Below are positions 50,955-62,989 of a stretch of 64,000 bases of DNA, piece after piece; the first letter of the stretch is position 1, and each line of letters begins with the position of its first letter. Below the pieces are notes generated by a model. It had not been told where the DNA came from, did not search any database, and saw nothing but the letters and a program-made list of their open reading frames with translations. Source of the stretch: an uncultured Actinomycetes bacterium. Lineage in GTDB: Bacteria; Actinomycetota; Thermoleophilia; UBA2241. A program made the translations under genes and the position numbers. Location: NCBI GenBank assembly GCA_963725665.1, contig CAVRZA010000002.1, positions 192,001-256,000 of the forward strand, in the 5' to 3' direction.

Positions 50955-51788
50955 ATGATCCTCGTTACCGGAGGGACCGGCCGCGTCGGGCGTCAGGTCG
51001 TCGCCGAGCTGCGGCGACGTAGTGCCGCGTTCCGTGTGCTGTCGCGCGATCCCGCTCGGGCTCGCGAAGTGCTCGGTGATGTCGACGTTGTCGAGGGCGA
51101 TCTCGATCAGCCCGACTCGCTCGACCGGGCGCTGGCCGGCGTCGAGCGCGTGTTCCTTCTCTCACCGGGGGCTCCGAACCAGGTGGAGCAGGAGGGAAAC
51201 GTGCTCGCTGCGTCGTTATGGACCGGCGTGCGCTACATCGTCAAGCAGTCGGTCATGGGCGCCTCGGTGCAGTCGCCGTCGGCGCTCGTGCGCTGGCACG
51301 CCGAGGCGGAGCAGCTCATCGTCTCATCCGGCATCCCCTTCACCTTTCTGCGTCCGACGATGCTCATGCAGCTCGCCGCCGAGCTGGTCGGCCCCGACGG
51401 CGCGATCTATTCCTCGGTCGGCGACGCGCGGGTGGCGTTCATCGACACGCGTGACGTCGCCGCGGTGGCCGTCGCGGCTCTGACGACCGATGCGCACGAG
51501 TGGAAGACCTACGAGCTCACCGGCCCCGAAAGGCTGACCTGGTTTGAGGTGGCCGAGCGTCTGTCGCGCGCCGGCCCGCCCGTTCGCTACGTGCCGGTGC
51601 CCGAGGAGACGGCGCGCCAGAGCCTGGCGCAGCGCCTGCCGGCGTGGCGAGTCGAGCCCACACTCGAGTTCAACCGCGAGGTCGCCGGCGGCCTCTACGA
51701 CGTGGTCACCGGCGACGTGGAGTCGGTCACGGGGCGGCCGCCGCGGAGCTTCGACGACTTCGTCGTCGACCTCGCGGCGGCCGCCTGA
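50955..51788 (+). CDS. NmrA-like atypical SDR
   Basis: MILVTGGTGRVG, LRP, IDTRDVA, YELTGPE. Confidence 0.88.
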   Translation: MILVTGGTGRVGRQVVAELRRRSAAFRVLSRDPARAREVLGDVDVVEGDLDQPDSLDRALAGVERVFLLSPGAPNQVEQEGNVLAASLWTGVRYIVKQSVMGASVQSPSALVRWHAEAEQLIVSSGIPFTFLRPTMLMQLAAELVGPDGAIYSSVGDARVAFIDTRDVAAVAVAALTTDAHEWKTYELTGPERLTWFEVAERLSRAGPPVRYVPVPEETARQSLAQRLPAWRVEPTLEFNREVAGGLYDVVTGDVESVTGRPPRSFDDFVVDLAAAA

Positions 51789-51804
51789 GAAAGGACGGTA
51801 CGGC

Positions 51805-52209
51805 ATGGACTGGAAGCTTGAAGTGGTGGTCATCCCGGTCTCGGATGTAGACCGCGCGAAGCAGTTCTACAGCGAGAAGGTCGGCTTCGTCGTCGACAAC
51901 GACGTGCGCATGGGCGAGTCGTTCCGCGTCGTGCAGCTCACGCCGCCCGGTTCCGCTTGCTCGATCGCCATCGGCAGCGGGCTCGCCCAGATGCCGCCCG
52001 GGGCGGTCAAGGGCATGCAGCTTGTCGTCACCGATATCGAGGCGGCGCGGGCGGAGCTGGTCGAGCGTGGTGTCGAGGTCAGCCAGGTGCAGCACTTCGA
52101 CCAGGGTGCCCGCGTCGACGGGCCCGGTGGAGACTGGAACTCGTTCGTCTTCTTCAACGATCCCGACGGCAACGGCTGGGCCGTGCAGCAGGTCGGCCCC
52201 CGCGGCTGA
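51805..52209 (+). CDS. VOC/glyoxalase protein
   Basis: MDWKLEVVVIPVSDVDRAKQFY...QLTPPGSACSI...FNDPDGNGWAVQ. Confidence 0.9.
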   Translation: MDWKLEVVVIPVSDVDRAKQFYSEKVGFVVDNDVRMGESFRVVQLTPPGSACSIAIGSGLAQMPPGAVKGMQLVVTDIEAARAELVERGVEVSQVQHFDQGARVDGPGGDWNSFVFFNDPDGNGWAVQQVGPRG

Positions 52210-52245
52210 CGGGCACACGGAGCCGTGCCAGGCGGAAGGAATGCG

Positions 52246-52873
52246 ATGAACGACAGGCGCGTCGGGCGCGGCCTGCGTGACGTGATCCTGGCCTCGCCGC
52301 TCTTCATCACCGCGCCTCTGGTGCGCCGGCGGCATCTGCGCTGGGGAGCCACCGACGACGAGGTCGCCGGCGCCATGCCCGGTGACGAGATCGTCCCCAA
52401 GCCCTCGTTCAGCGCGACTCGGGCGCTCTCCATCGCGGCGCCGCCGGAGGCAGTCTGGCCCTGGCTCGTGCAAGTCGGATTCGGCCGCGCCGGCTTCTAC
52501 AGCTACGACATCTTCGACAACGCCGCCCGGCCGAGCGCCGACCGCATCTTGCCCGAGTACCAGGATCCGCGGGTAGGCGACTGGGTGCCGATGGCGAGCA
52601 AGGTCAACGAGACGACGGCTTTCGAGATCAAGGCCTTCGGACCCAACTCGTGGCTCCTGTGGGAGAAACCGAACAGCACGTGGTCCTGGAAGACTGACTC
52701 CCCTGGCCAGCGGCGGTACGAGGCTCGTCACGCGGCTGAAGCAGTACAACGATTGGAGCTCGCCCGGGATGGCGGCCGTGACGGTGATCCTGTTCGAGTT
52801 CGGCGACTTCCCGATGATGCGCAGGATGCTCCTGGGCGTGAAGTCGCGGGCAGAACGTCACAGCGCGCGGTAG
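52246..52873 (+). CDS. SRPBCC-like conserved protein (frameshifted)
   Basis: WGATDDEV..MPGD, VWPWLVQVGFGRAGFYSYD, MMRRMLLGVKSRAE. Confidence 0.75.
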
Positions 52874-52957
52874 GTGAGCGCGGAAAGTCGGGCTGCCGGT
52901 CTTGGGTGCATTTGCGGGCGATGGCTGTCGGCACGCCGAGAGGAGGAGGACGACGTC

Positions 52958-53340
52958 ATGTTGCGTGACTCACAGATGCTCTGCCTACGTGCGGGTATCG
53001 AACGTCGAGCGAGGACGGCAGTTCTACGAAGGCGTCTTACGGGCAGCAGCCGCGCGAGGTCGGCGGAGGCCGGCGTTTCCTGTACGAGTGCGCCCAACGA
53101 CTCGACCTTCTTCATGTACCTCGGCGAGGGAACCGGTCGCTCGCGCGCGAGTTGCGCCTTCTGGTCGGTCGACCGGATCATCGAGAAGGAAGTCGCCGAC
53201 TGGCGGAGCGCAGCGTCAGGTTCGAGCGCTACGACTTCCCCCGGCTCAACGTCGGACGACGACATTCGTCAGCAGCAGCAGGAGCGAAGGCCGCTTCGTT
53301 CAAGGACCCTGACGGTAGACATCCTTGCCCCATCCAGGTT
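52958..53340 (+). pseudogene. VOC/glyoxalase gene with many indels (sequencing error or decay)
   Basis: Fragments VSNVERGRQFYEG, SRASCAFWSVD, VRFERYDFP and AKAASFKDPDG lie in three frames. Confidence 0.6.
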
Positions 53341-53375
53341 CCGGCCCCACCGGCCGCCCGAGAGTGAGGACGCCC

Positions 53376-53738
53376 ATGCCTCCCACCCTGGCGCACGGCA
53401 AGGTGTGCTACATCGAGATCCCCGCCACCGATGCGCAGCGCTCGGCCGAGTTCTACGGTGAGGTCTTCGGCTGGAACATCCGGCGCCGCGGCGACGGGCA
53501 TCTGGCCTTCGACGACGGGGTCGGCGAGGTGAGCGGCACGTGGGTCGTGGGCAGGCCTCCGTCGGACCGGCCCGGCTTGCTCATCTACGTCATGGTCGAC
53601 AGCGTGGCTGAGGCCTGCGAGGCCGTGGTGGCGCACGGCGGCGAGATCGTGCAGCCGATCGGCGGCGACGCGCCCGAGATCACGGCCCGCTTCCGCGATC
53701 CCGCCGGCAACGTGATCGGCCTCTTCGAGGAACACTGA
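53376..53738 (+). CDS. VOC/glyoxalase protein
   Basis: GKVCYIEIPA, FYGEVFGW, FRDPAGNVIG. Confidence 0.9.
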   Translation: MPPTLAHGKVCYIEIPATDAQRSAEFYGEVFGWNIRRRGDGHLAFDDGVGEVSGTWVVGRPPSDRPGLLIYVMVDSVAEACEAVVAHGGEIVQPIGGDAPEITARFRDPAGNVIGLFEEH

Positions 53739-53894
53739 CTCGCGTACCTCACCCGCAGCCTGCGCCTCGTACGAGGTCCGTAGCGAACGGCGATGGGTGA
53801 CGGCTCTCGCGGGAATACCTTCGGTATCGGACTGGGAACCTAGGAGGCCCCGCGTGTCCGCCGTTCGCGGCGCGATGCGGGGGTAGGAGGAGCG

Positions 53895-55307
53895 ATGAGT
53901 GGACTCACCATCGACGCAGCTGCACGAGCGCGTGCGCGGCGAGATCATCACGCCCGACGACGAGGCCTACGAGGAGGCGCGCACGGTCTACAACGCCATG
54001 ATCGACCGGCGGCCGCGGGTCATCGTGAGGGCGGTGGACGTCGGCGACGTCATGGCGGCAGTCGACTTCGCGCGAGGGAATGGTCTCGTTCTCGCCGTGC
54101 GGGGCGCCGGCCACAGCGTACCTGGCTTCGGCACCTGCGACGACGGCGTCGTCATCGACCTCGGTGGCATGAGCAACGTGCGCGTCGATCCCGCAGGGCA
54201 GACGGCGCGCGCTGGAGGCGGCGCGACCTGGGGCGACGTCAACCATGCGACCTATCCGTTCGGCCTCGCGACGACCGGCGGCTTCGTCTCGACGACCGGC
54301 ATCGGCAGGCTTCACGCTGGGCGGCGGAATCGGCTACCTGTCGCGGAGGGTCGGCCTCACGATCGACAATCTCATCTCGGCCGACGTCGTGACCGCCGAC
54401 GGGCGTGTGCTCGTGGCCAGCGAAAGGGAAAACGAGGACCTCTTCTGGGCGCTGCGCGGGGGCGGCGGCAACTTCGGCGTCGTCACTTCCTTCGAGTACA
54501 AGCTGCATCCCGTCAAGGACATCTACGGCGGCCCCATGTTCTTCGAGCTCGACCACGCCGGCGACCTCCTTCGCTTCTTCCGCGAGTTCGTCGATGAGGC
54601 GCCGGAGGAGCTGGGCATGTTCCCGGGCTTCCAGATCGCACCGCCGCTGCCGTTCATCCCGGAGGAACGCCACGGCGACACGTTTATCATCATGGTCGCC
54701 GCTTGGGCGGGACCGGTGGCAGAGGGCGAGCGCGCCTTGAGGCCCATCCGCGACGTCGCTCCCGTGGTGGCCGAGCTCGTGGGGCCCATGCCGTACCCGG
54801 CGCTCAACGGCGCGTTCGACGCGCTGGTCCCGCCCGGGCTGCAGCACTACTGGAAGGCGAGGTTCGTCAGGAGCTTACACGACGAGGCGATCGCCGCGCA
54901 TCTGGAGCACGGGCCGAAGATCCCCACCGTGAACTCGGCGTTGCACATCTACCCCATCAACGGCGCCGTGCCAGCGCGTGGCTCGGACGCGACGGCCTTC
55001 GCCTACCGCGACGCCAACTTCGCCACCGTCATCGGCGGCATGTGGCCCGACCCGGCCGACAACGAGGCCAACATCAAGTGGGTGCGCGACTACTACGCGG
55101 CCACCGCGCCGCACTCGCAGGAGGGCGGCTACGTCAACTTCCTCGTCGGGCGACGACCAGAGCAAGATCCGTGCCAACTACCGCGGCAACTACGACCGTC
55201 TGGTCGATCTGAAGAAGAAGTACGACCCCGACAACCTCTTCCACCTAAACCAGAACATCAGTCCGACCGGCACCGTGCGTGGGGGGGCCGGAGGCGTGGC
55301 TGCCTAG
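53895..55307 (+). CDS. FAD-binding oxidoreductase with a BBE domain (frameshifted)
   Basis: VRGAGHS, TLGGGIG, DLFWALRGGGGNFGVV, YVNF, KYDPDNLF. Confidence 0.88.
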
Positions 55308-55331
55308 GGCGAGATCCTTCGGTCGCCTAGA

Positions 55332-55435
55332 GGGGCCGGGGCGAGGCGGCTGTGCCGCCTCGCCCCGGCCCTCGCCGCTTGCGCGGCGAGACGCGTCGGG
55401 CGCGGGCGGCGGCCTTTGGCCGCCGCCCCCGCCCG
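55332..55435. terminator. Two tandem GC hairpins between convergent genes
   Basis: GGGCCGGGGCGAGGCGGC-TGT-GCCGCCTCGCCCCGGCCC and GGGCGGCGGCC-TTT-GGCCGCCGCCC. Confidence 0.6.
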
Positions 55436-55451
55436 ACTGACTACCCACGTG

Positions 55452-55870
55452 CTAGGCGGCCTTTCTCAAGGCCTCCAGGCTGGGTGAGACGCACAAGATG
55501 TTGCCTCCCGGATCCTTGAACCAGGCTGCCTTGAAGGCGCCTTGCGTGGCGATCCCATCTACGGTCTTGATGCCGGGGAGATCGTACGTCCTCCAGCTTG
55601 ACGCCCTTCGAGCGCAAGTGACTGATCTGCGCTGTCGACGTCGTCGGTCAGCAAGCTCGCCGCCGTGTGATCGGACGTACTGGCGTGGTCGCTGCTGTGC
55701 AGGCCCAACTTGGTTCCGTGGCCGGCGTGGATGACGGCGTTGCCGGGCATTTCGGGGATCTCCTCTACCCTGAGCCCCAACGTGTCCCGGTAGAAGGCCA
55801 GAGCAACTGTCGTAATCCGTGCAGAACAGGTCGGGTGAGACTCGCTGCGCGAGAAGATGCTTTCAGCCAT
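55452..55870 (-). CDS. VOC/glyoxalase protein (frameshifted)
   Basis: AFYRDTLGL, DLPGIKTVDGIA, KAAWFKDPGGNIL. Confidence 0.78.
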
Positions 55871-55959
55871 GTAGTTCACCCCCTTTCATTCGTCACGCAT
55901 TTCCACTTTCTGCGCAGCGATAACAGTTCGAGCAGCGACGGTCGCCCGCTCCACCTCCC

Positions 55960-57569
55960 CTAACAGGTTCCCAGCACCTCGTCGCAGGGCTCTTCGCGGT
56001 CTTCATACACCGCCGAGGAGAGAGCGAAGCGACCCGGCGTCCGGGTGGTGATCAGCGCGACGACGAAGCCGGACAGGACGACTCCGGCGGCCACGAGCAG
56101 GCCGGTCGAGAACCCCACGGTCAAGGCGTGGTCCAGGACGGCCGTCGGCACGCCGGGGACGGCGCTCGACGCGCTCCCCGCGGCGCTACTGGCGGCCGTC
56201 CCGCCCGCTGCCGCGGCCGCCGCCATCTGGTGGGTGACGCTGTGCGCGACCGAGGTCCAGGCCATGGTGCCGATGGCCGCCAGGCCGATGGCTCCTCCTA
56301 TCTGCTGGCCGGTGTTCAGCATGCCGGAGGCGACGCCGGTCTCCTGGGAGCGACGTGCGAGACGACCATGAGCGTCAGCGGCACGAACATGAGCCCGAGG
56401 CCGCCGCTGACCATCAGCATGGGCAGCAGCAGGCTGGTGAGGTAGCTGCCGTCGACGCTGAGCCGCGACAGCCAGATGTATCCCGCCGCGGCGAGCAGGG
56501 GGCCGACCATGAGCATCGGGCGCACGCCGACGCGCGTCACGAGCACACGGGCGACGAGCGTGCTGACGATGATGATCGTGATGGGGAACGGCAGCCACGC
56601 TATGCCGGCCTTGACCGGGCTGTAGCCCCACACCGTCTGGATGTAGATGGTCAGGAAGAAGAACACGGCGAACAGGGCCGTGGCGATCAGCAGCATCATG
56701 ACGTAGGCGCCCGAGCGGCGGCGCGAGCGGAGCAGGTGCAGCGGCAGCTCGGCGTGCGAGCTGCGCCGCTCGATGACGAAGAAGCTCACGAGCAGCACGG
56801 CGGCGGCCACCAGCGAGGCGATGGTGACCGGGCTGCCCCAGTGCGAGACGCCGTCGCGGCCGGCGGCGGCGTGGGTCAGGCCGTACACGAGCAACGCCAG
56901 CCCGGCCGTGCTCGTCACGACGCCGGGAATGTCGAGGCGGCTGCGGAGCCGCAGCGAGGGAACCAGGGCGATCGGCGCCAGCGCGACGACGGTCAAGCCG
57001 ATGGGGACGTTCACGAAGAACACCCAGCGCCACGAGACGTAGGACGTGAGGATCCCCCCGAGGAGCAGCCCGATGGCGCCGCCGGCGCCGCTCATGGCGG
57101 CATAGACGCCGAGCGCCCTGTTGCGGGGTGGTCCCATGGGGAAGGTGGTGGCGATCAGCGCGAGGGCGGTCGGCGCGGCGAGAGCGGCGCCGGCGCCCTG
57201 CACGGCGCGCGCCGCGAGCAGCCACCACTGACTGGTCGCGAACCCGCCGACGAGCGAGGCGAGCGAGAAGACGAGCACGCCGGCGATGAAGATCCTGCGG
57301 CGGCCGTACATGTCTCCGAGCCGGCCGCCGAGCAGCAGCAGGCTGCCGAAGGCCAGCGAGTAGGCGGTGACGATCCATTCGAGGCCGGCGCCGCTGAAGC
57401 CGAGCGCGCGCTGCATGTGCGGCAGGGCGACGTTCACGATGGTGGCGTCGAGGACGATCATGAGCTGGGCCGCCGCGATCACGACGAGCGCCAGGCCGAG
57501 GTGGCGCGGCACGCGCGGTGCGGGCGGTGATTCCGCTTCCGGATCGACTGTGAGGGGTTCTGCAGCCAT
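55960..57569 (-). CDS. DHA2 MFS efflux transporter (frameshift near 56350)
   Basis: LDATIVNVALP, GRLGDMYGRRR, WRWVFFVNVPIG. Confidence 0.88.
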
Positions 57570-57699
57570 GGCTACTCCAGTTGCGAGGCCGCTGCCCGAG
57601 CAGTCGGAGGCCGGCGGCGGCCGTTTGCACGATTTCTCCGGTGGTACCTCGAGCGGGCGCAGACCAAAACCCTATGAAGCTAGTGTTTAGGCGCGGGCG

Positions 57700-58242
57700 T
57701 CAGATGGTTCGCGAGCTGAGCTCCACGAGCGTCGTCACCGTGCGCCAGTTGCGGGTGGTGGCCGCGGTGCGCAGGGCGCGCTCGAAGTAGGCGTTGCTGA
57801 GCTTCGAGCGTCCGTAGCCGTGCGGCACGTGGAGATAGGCCACCTGCTCGCCCAGCGCGGCCTGCTCGCCCTCTTGCGCGGGCAGCGCGAGCGCGGCGAA
57901 GCCGGACTCCGTCACGGGCTCGAAGAGGAACGTCGCGTGGAGGAATCTCGGGTCCGCGCCGGCAGCGAGGAACGGGTTCGCGCGCGCGATGCGCGCCAGC
58001 TGCGCCGCGCTGAGGACGAGCACCTTCACGTCGAGATCGAACGCGCGCGCGATCGCGCCCTGGATCGCCGCGGCGTGCAGCGCGGGATCGTCGTCGGCGG
58101 CGTCGAACACGACGTTGCCGCTCTGCACGTAGGTCTGGACGCCCGTCAGTCCGAGGCCCTCCAGGCTGCCGCGCAGCTCGGCCATGGCGACCTTCACTCC
58201 GCCCACGTTCACGGCCCTCAGGAGCGCGACGAACGTGCTCAT
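57700..58242 (-). CDS. DUF1697 protein
   Basis: VALLRAVNVGG, TYVQSGNVVF, TTRNWRTV. Confidence 0.9.
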   Translation of the reverse strand: MSTFVALLRAVNVGGVKVAMAELRGSLEGLGLTGVQTYVQSGNVVFDAADDDPALHAAAIQGAIARAFDLDVKVLVLSAAQLARIARANPFLAAGADPRFLHATFLFEPVTESGFAALALPAQEGEQAALGEQVAYLHVPHGYGRSKLSNAYFERALRTAATTRNWRTVTTLVELSSRTI

Positions 58243-58341
58243 CACAGCGCTCCTGGAGTCTGGTCCTCACCGTGCGAAGGACCTCCAGCAGGCGTGTGGG
58301 CGCTGGTCATCTCTTCTCCTCGCGTCACCCACATGGTCAGG

Positions 58342-58848
58342 TCACAGCTCCTTCAAGTCATCGGCGAACATGCGGGCAGGGCTCTCCCACAGGTGGCGAC
58401 CCTTCCGCAGGATGGCGACGCTCTTACGGATCCGGGCTGCGCGCGTCGCCGGCCGTTTGGCTTCGTCCAGGTAGAACACGAACTCCTTCTGATGCGAGGG
58501 GGGTAGTCCTGCGAACGTCTCGGACGCGGCAGCATCGCCTTGGATTGCTTCCAGCAAGTCGGTAGGGATCTCGATGTCGAGGATCGGCTCGTCGAGGACC
58601 TCGGCCTGGAGCTCGATCGCGACTGGACCATCGATGCCGAGAAAGGCCCGCATCTGACGGTTAACGGTGACCACGTGCGTGCCGTTCTTCCAGGGATTCG
58701 CGGTGGCAGCGAACGGTTTGCCGTTCAGTGTCCCCCGCAGCCAGACCCTCCTTCTGACGTCGCCGAGGAGCTCATCGGGGACGTGGAGAAAGAGCCATCC
58801 CTGACGCGGAACATCTAGCCTCGTGCGGAGAGAGAAGCGAGTGGTCAT
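58342..58848 (-). CDS. DUF1905 + YdeI/OmpD-associated domain protein
   Basis: GWLFLHVP...LRGTLNG; IPTDL...FAGLPPSHQKE...EAKRPATRAARI. Confidence 0.82.
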   Translation of the reverse strand: MTTRFSLRTRLDVPRQGWLFLHVPDELLGDVRRRVWLRGTLNGKPFAATANPWKNGTHVVTVNRQMRAFLGIDGPVAIELQAEVLDEPILDIEIPTDLLEAIQGDAAASETFAGLPPSHQKEFVFYLDEAKRPATRAARIRKSVAILRKGRHLWESPARMFADDLKEL

Positions 58849-59033
58849 GGCCTCGGTCCGTCGTCGCGGTCCAGATCTACTCGCCGTTGACGGCTTCTTG
58901 CCGCCGTGTGACGCTCGCTCTATTCCCTTAGCGGCGGCGTTTGCGAGCCTCTCCGTTCGTGCGGCGACGGGGGGACCGCTGACGTCGGCTAGTGGCTGAC
59001 GTCCGCACCGACCTTCGGGGGCGCATCGACAAT

Positions 59034-59069
59034 GGGGGCGGGGAGCGCCTTCCGGCGCTCCCCGCCCCC
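59034..59069. terminator. Hairpin downstream of the oxidoreductase; stem identical to the 15.9-kb hairpin
   Basis: GGGGGCGGGGAGCGCC-TTCC-GGCGCTCCCCGCCCCC. Confidence 0.72.
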
Positions 59070-59099
59070 GCGGGTGTTCCTTTTCGTGGGCGGATGCCG

Positions 59100-62000
59100 T
59101 TAGTCGGTCTTGGGCGTCTCGTCGCCGGCTTGCTGTCTCCGTGGCCGCATCCGCGACCTCGCCGGTCGCGGCGTCGGCGGCCACGGTCTCACCCGTCTCG
59201 CGGATCGTGCCCGTGCCACCGTCGCGGACGAGCCGCCGTTGCCGCCACCTGTCTTCGCTGTGGCGCTCGCATCCCCGGATGCGCCGGTCGTGCCGGGGGC
59301 GCTCGCGCTCGTCCGGCGCGCCGGCCTGCGCCGGCGCGTCCGCGTCGTCGGGTCCGGCGGACGCCGCGCTTGGCGCACCGCCGCCGTTCCCGTTCCGGGC
59401 CGCCTCGCTCTTGAGGTAGTCGATCATCGGGTCGGTCACCAGCGGCACGACGTCCGGGATCATCTGCGGCATCAGGTTGTCCATGACCTTGGGCATCAGG
59501 TCGGGCATCTGCTCCTCCATGTAGTCGGGCATCGGCACGCGCTCGGCGACCCGCTCGAGCATCGTCGGCATGACCTTGGGCATCATCATCGGCAGCAGCC
59601 GCGGGAAGAGGATCGGGAACATCGGCTTCATCGCCTCGAGCGCGCCCGGGCACCTTGCCCATCACGCGCATCATCGGCCCCATCCCGAACGGCATGGCGT
59701 CGATCAGCTCCGGCCACATCGTGCCCATCAGGTCGGCGAAGCCCTGCGGCGTCATCAGGGCGATCATCGCCTCGAACACCGCCCACTGCGCTCGCACCTC
59801 GGGGTTGGGGTCGGGCAGCTCGTAGCCCAGCGCCGTCGGCGCGAAGTGGGCCAGGTCCTCGACTCGACGATGTCCTTGCCTTCGTCTGCGCGCTCACGCG
59901 CAGCTGGAACTGGCAGCACGGGCAGAGCGCGAGCACTTCTCGGCGCCGACCTCCACGGCCTCCTCCAGCCGCATCGTCGCCGATCTCGTGCGCCACCGGC
60001 GGCTCCTTGATGCAGCGTGAGCACGCTGCCGCAGCAGAGCGCCTTCTCGCGGTTGTGCTCCATCTCGACGAACTCGACGCCGGGGATCGCCTTGATCAGC
60101 TCGCGCGGCGGCTCGTAGACGCCGCAGGCGCGGCCGATGTGGCAGGAGTCGTGCCAGGTGACCTTCTGCTCTTGGCGCCCGTCTTCGCCGGGGAACGTGA
60201 ACTCGCCCGCCTCGATCTTCTCGGCCAGGACCTCGCTGTAGTGCTTCGCCGTGATGCCGTACTCGATGCCGAGCTTCTTCGCCCACTCCGGGTAGACCTT
60301 GCGCCACATCATGTCGCAGGCCGGGCAGGAGGTGATCACCGTGTCCGCGCCGGCGTCCTTGACGTCCGCGATGTTCTTCGCTCATCGTCTCGCTCGAAGC
60401 GCTCCCACTTGCCGGCGACGAGCATCGGAGTGCGCGCAGCAGTTCTCCTTCTCGCCGAGGTAGGTGAAGTCGACGCCGGCCGCGTCGAGCAGCCGCACCG
60501 CGCCGATGCCGATGTCCTGCTCGACGTAGCTGAGGCGGTGCAGCCGGCGAAGTAGACGATCTCGGCCTTGTGCTCGGGGCCGTGCTTCTCGAGCAGGTCC
60601 TCGGGGAACCAGTCCGCGCGGTCCTTGCGGTAGCCGGCCCAGATGTTGCCCTCGGCGCGGAGCGCCGCGCCCATCATCTCGAAGGGCGGGAAGGTCATCC
60701 GCTTCTCGTCCGTGGATCAGCTTGCCGCGCAGCTTCATCCAGCGACGGCTCGATGGGCAGGGCCGCCGAGCAGCGGACGTTGCACAGCTCGCAGGTGGTG
60801 CAGGCGAGGAAGCGTGTCGACCATCTTCTGGTTCCACTTCTCGCGGCCTTCCATGTACTCGCGCAGCCAGTACCACTTGCCGCGCGGGCTCTGGCTCTCC
60901 CAGCCGCGGCCGTAGAACTGGTCGCACTCGTCGACGCAGTAGCCGCACTGCGAGCAGGCGTAGGCGTACCAGGCCACGTCGGCCGGGATGCCCTCGCACG
61001 GGCTCCGTCGGGCGCTCGCCGACCTGGGTGATGACGCGGTTGCCGAAGGGGCGGATCAGCGGCTCGAACGCGCTGGCCAGCGCCAGAGCGCCGTGCCCAG
61101 CAGGCCGCTGCCGAGCACCTTGCCCGGGTTCATGATGCCCTTGGGGTCGACCTGCTCCTTGAAGGCGCGCGATGCGCTCGACGCGCTCCGGCGCCCAGGA
61201 CCTCGGTCGGCCTTGCTCGTGAAGTAGAGGCCGGTGGCGTAGGCGCGGCCGCCGTTCTTCTCGGCGATCTTGATGACGGTGAGCGCCAGGCCGAAGACGA
61301 AGTTGTAGCTGAACTTGCGCTGGTCGGCGGGGATGAAGCCGAGGATGACGGCCTCCGGCTCGCCGCTCGCGGCCCTTGCGCGATGACGACGCCCTCCTTG
61401 ACGACCGGCTGATCGATCTTGCGCTCGATCTCGCTCCAGCACGTCGCCCAGGCTTGGCCAGCGGGACGACGACCTCGGTCGGCACCAGCGACGGGCCGAG
61501 CCGCTTGACGAGCATCAGCTTGAAGCGGTGCTCCCACTCGTGCTCGGCGATGCGCTCGCTCGAGGATCTCGCGCCTCGCAGGGCTTGACGAGCAGCTCGA
61601 GCTGTGGCCTCGATCCGCGCACGGTCGGCCTTGCGCGAAGGCGAGCGTGACGATGTAGGCGGCCGGGAGCAGGACGCGCTCCTCGACCGGGTGGCCGTGG
61701 TGCTCCATGAGCGGCGCGCGGTTCTTCAGCTCGGCCATGCGCGGGTTGATGAAGGTGACCGACCAGATGGGCAGCTCGGTCGGCGACGATGCGCTTGCAG
61801 CAGCTCGCTGCAGGTCGTGCGGCGTCGGAGCAGGCGACGGCCATGACGTCCGCATCCGTCCAGCGGCCTGCACCTTGCAGCGTGACCTGGCTGATGAGGC
61901 CGGTGATGCCCTCGGCGTCGGTGATCAGGTCGCAGATCGTCGCCGCGAGACGTCGCGCACCTCGCCGCTGGGCAGCACGACGCGCGCCGCGAGCACGTTC

Positions 62001-62513
62001 TCGCGATGAACCAGCCGTACTCGTAGGAGCCGATGCCCGCGCCGCCCTGGGCCAGCCAGCCGCCGACCGTGGAGCCCGGGTAGCTGGTGGGGTAGAGGCG
62101 CAGGGTCAGCCCCTGCTTCTTGAGCTCGCGGTCGAGCTGTCTCCCAGACGATGCCCGGCTGGACGGTGACGGTCTGGCGTCGGCGTCGACGGCGAGGACC
62201 TTCTTCATGCGGTAGAAGTCGACGACGACGCCGTTCTTGACGGGGATGACGCCGCCGTAGCCGGACGAGGCCTTGCCGCGCGGCGTCAGGGGAATGCGGT
62301 GCTCGTTCGCCCAGCGCGACCAGCTCGACGAGCTCGCTCCTCGCTCGCGGCTGGACGACGGCGTCGGGCGTCGTGTCGCCGCACCAGCGGCTTGATCAGG
62401 CTGGGCATCGCGGCGATGTCGTGGCCGTAGAGCTTGCGCTCGAGGCGCTCGAAGGTGACGCGCTCGCCGAAGAGCGCCTCGAGGTCTTGCTTTTGCGACG
62501 TCGAAAGGCTCAT
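59100..62513 (-). CDS. Large FAD-binding (GlcD/LldD-like) + 4Fe-4S + CCG (HdrD/GlpC-like) oxidoreductase with a Met/Pro-rich C-terminus; many frameshifts
   Basis: TPRGKASSGYGG, YPTSYPGSTVGGW, DPKGIMNPGK, CSQCGYCVDEC, YFAGC, ENCC, ITSCPAC, WHDSCH, LCCG, CPCC, MMPKVMP. Stop position is uncertain. Confidence 0.82.
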
Positions 62514-62525
62514 GGCTCGCTTTCC

Positions 62526-62912
62526 TTAGGAGTTGGCGGGGGAGGAGACGGGAGCGGATGGCGCGGCGAAGGCCTGCGCCAGCTGGGCCTGCTGCTCCAG
62601 CGCGCCCATGAGGACGCCGCGCAACAGGTCGAGGGCGTCGATCACGCGGTGGTCGCTGAGCGAGTAGCGCACGGACGAGCCGGAGCGCTCGGCGATCACC
62701 AGCGACTGGTCGCGCAGCACCTTGAGATGGCGGGACACGGTCGACTGCGGTGTGTCGAGGAACTCGGCGAGCTCGCTCACGTAGTGAGGTTCGTCGGCCA
62801 AGGCGTAGAGGATGAGGATACGCTTGGGGTCGGCGAGCGCTTGGCAGACGTGGGCGTGCAGCAGGTTGACTTCGGCTTCGAGGCGGGCGTCCAGCTTCGG
62901 GTGGTCCTCCAA
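62526..62912 (-). CDS. ArsR/SmtB-family regulator
   Basis: ALADPKRILIL...VSELAE...QSTVSRHLKVL; TTG start after GGAAAGGAG. Confidence 0.9.
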   Translation of the reverse strand: MEDHPKLDARLEAEVNLLHAHVCQALADPKRILILYALADEPHYVSELAEFLDTPQSTVSRHLKVLRDQSLVIAERSGSSVRYSLSDHRVIDALDLLRGVLMGALEQQAQLAQAFAAPSAPVSSPANS

Positions 62913-62989
62913 GGGGCGGCTCCTTTCCTCTAGCAGGCCGTCGCCGACGGCGTGCACATGCTGTCGTTCTGCCCGCATTTCGCGGAAGA

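Noticed and set aside
58342-59631. Apparent in-frame fusion of the oxidoreductase C-terminus to the YdeI/OmpD protein
   Set aside because: The frame crosses a strong hairpin and non-coding-like DNA, and the downstream gene has its own ATG. An indel probably hides the stop near 59100.
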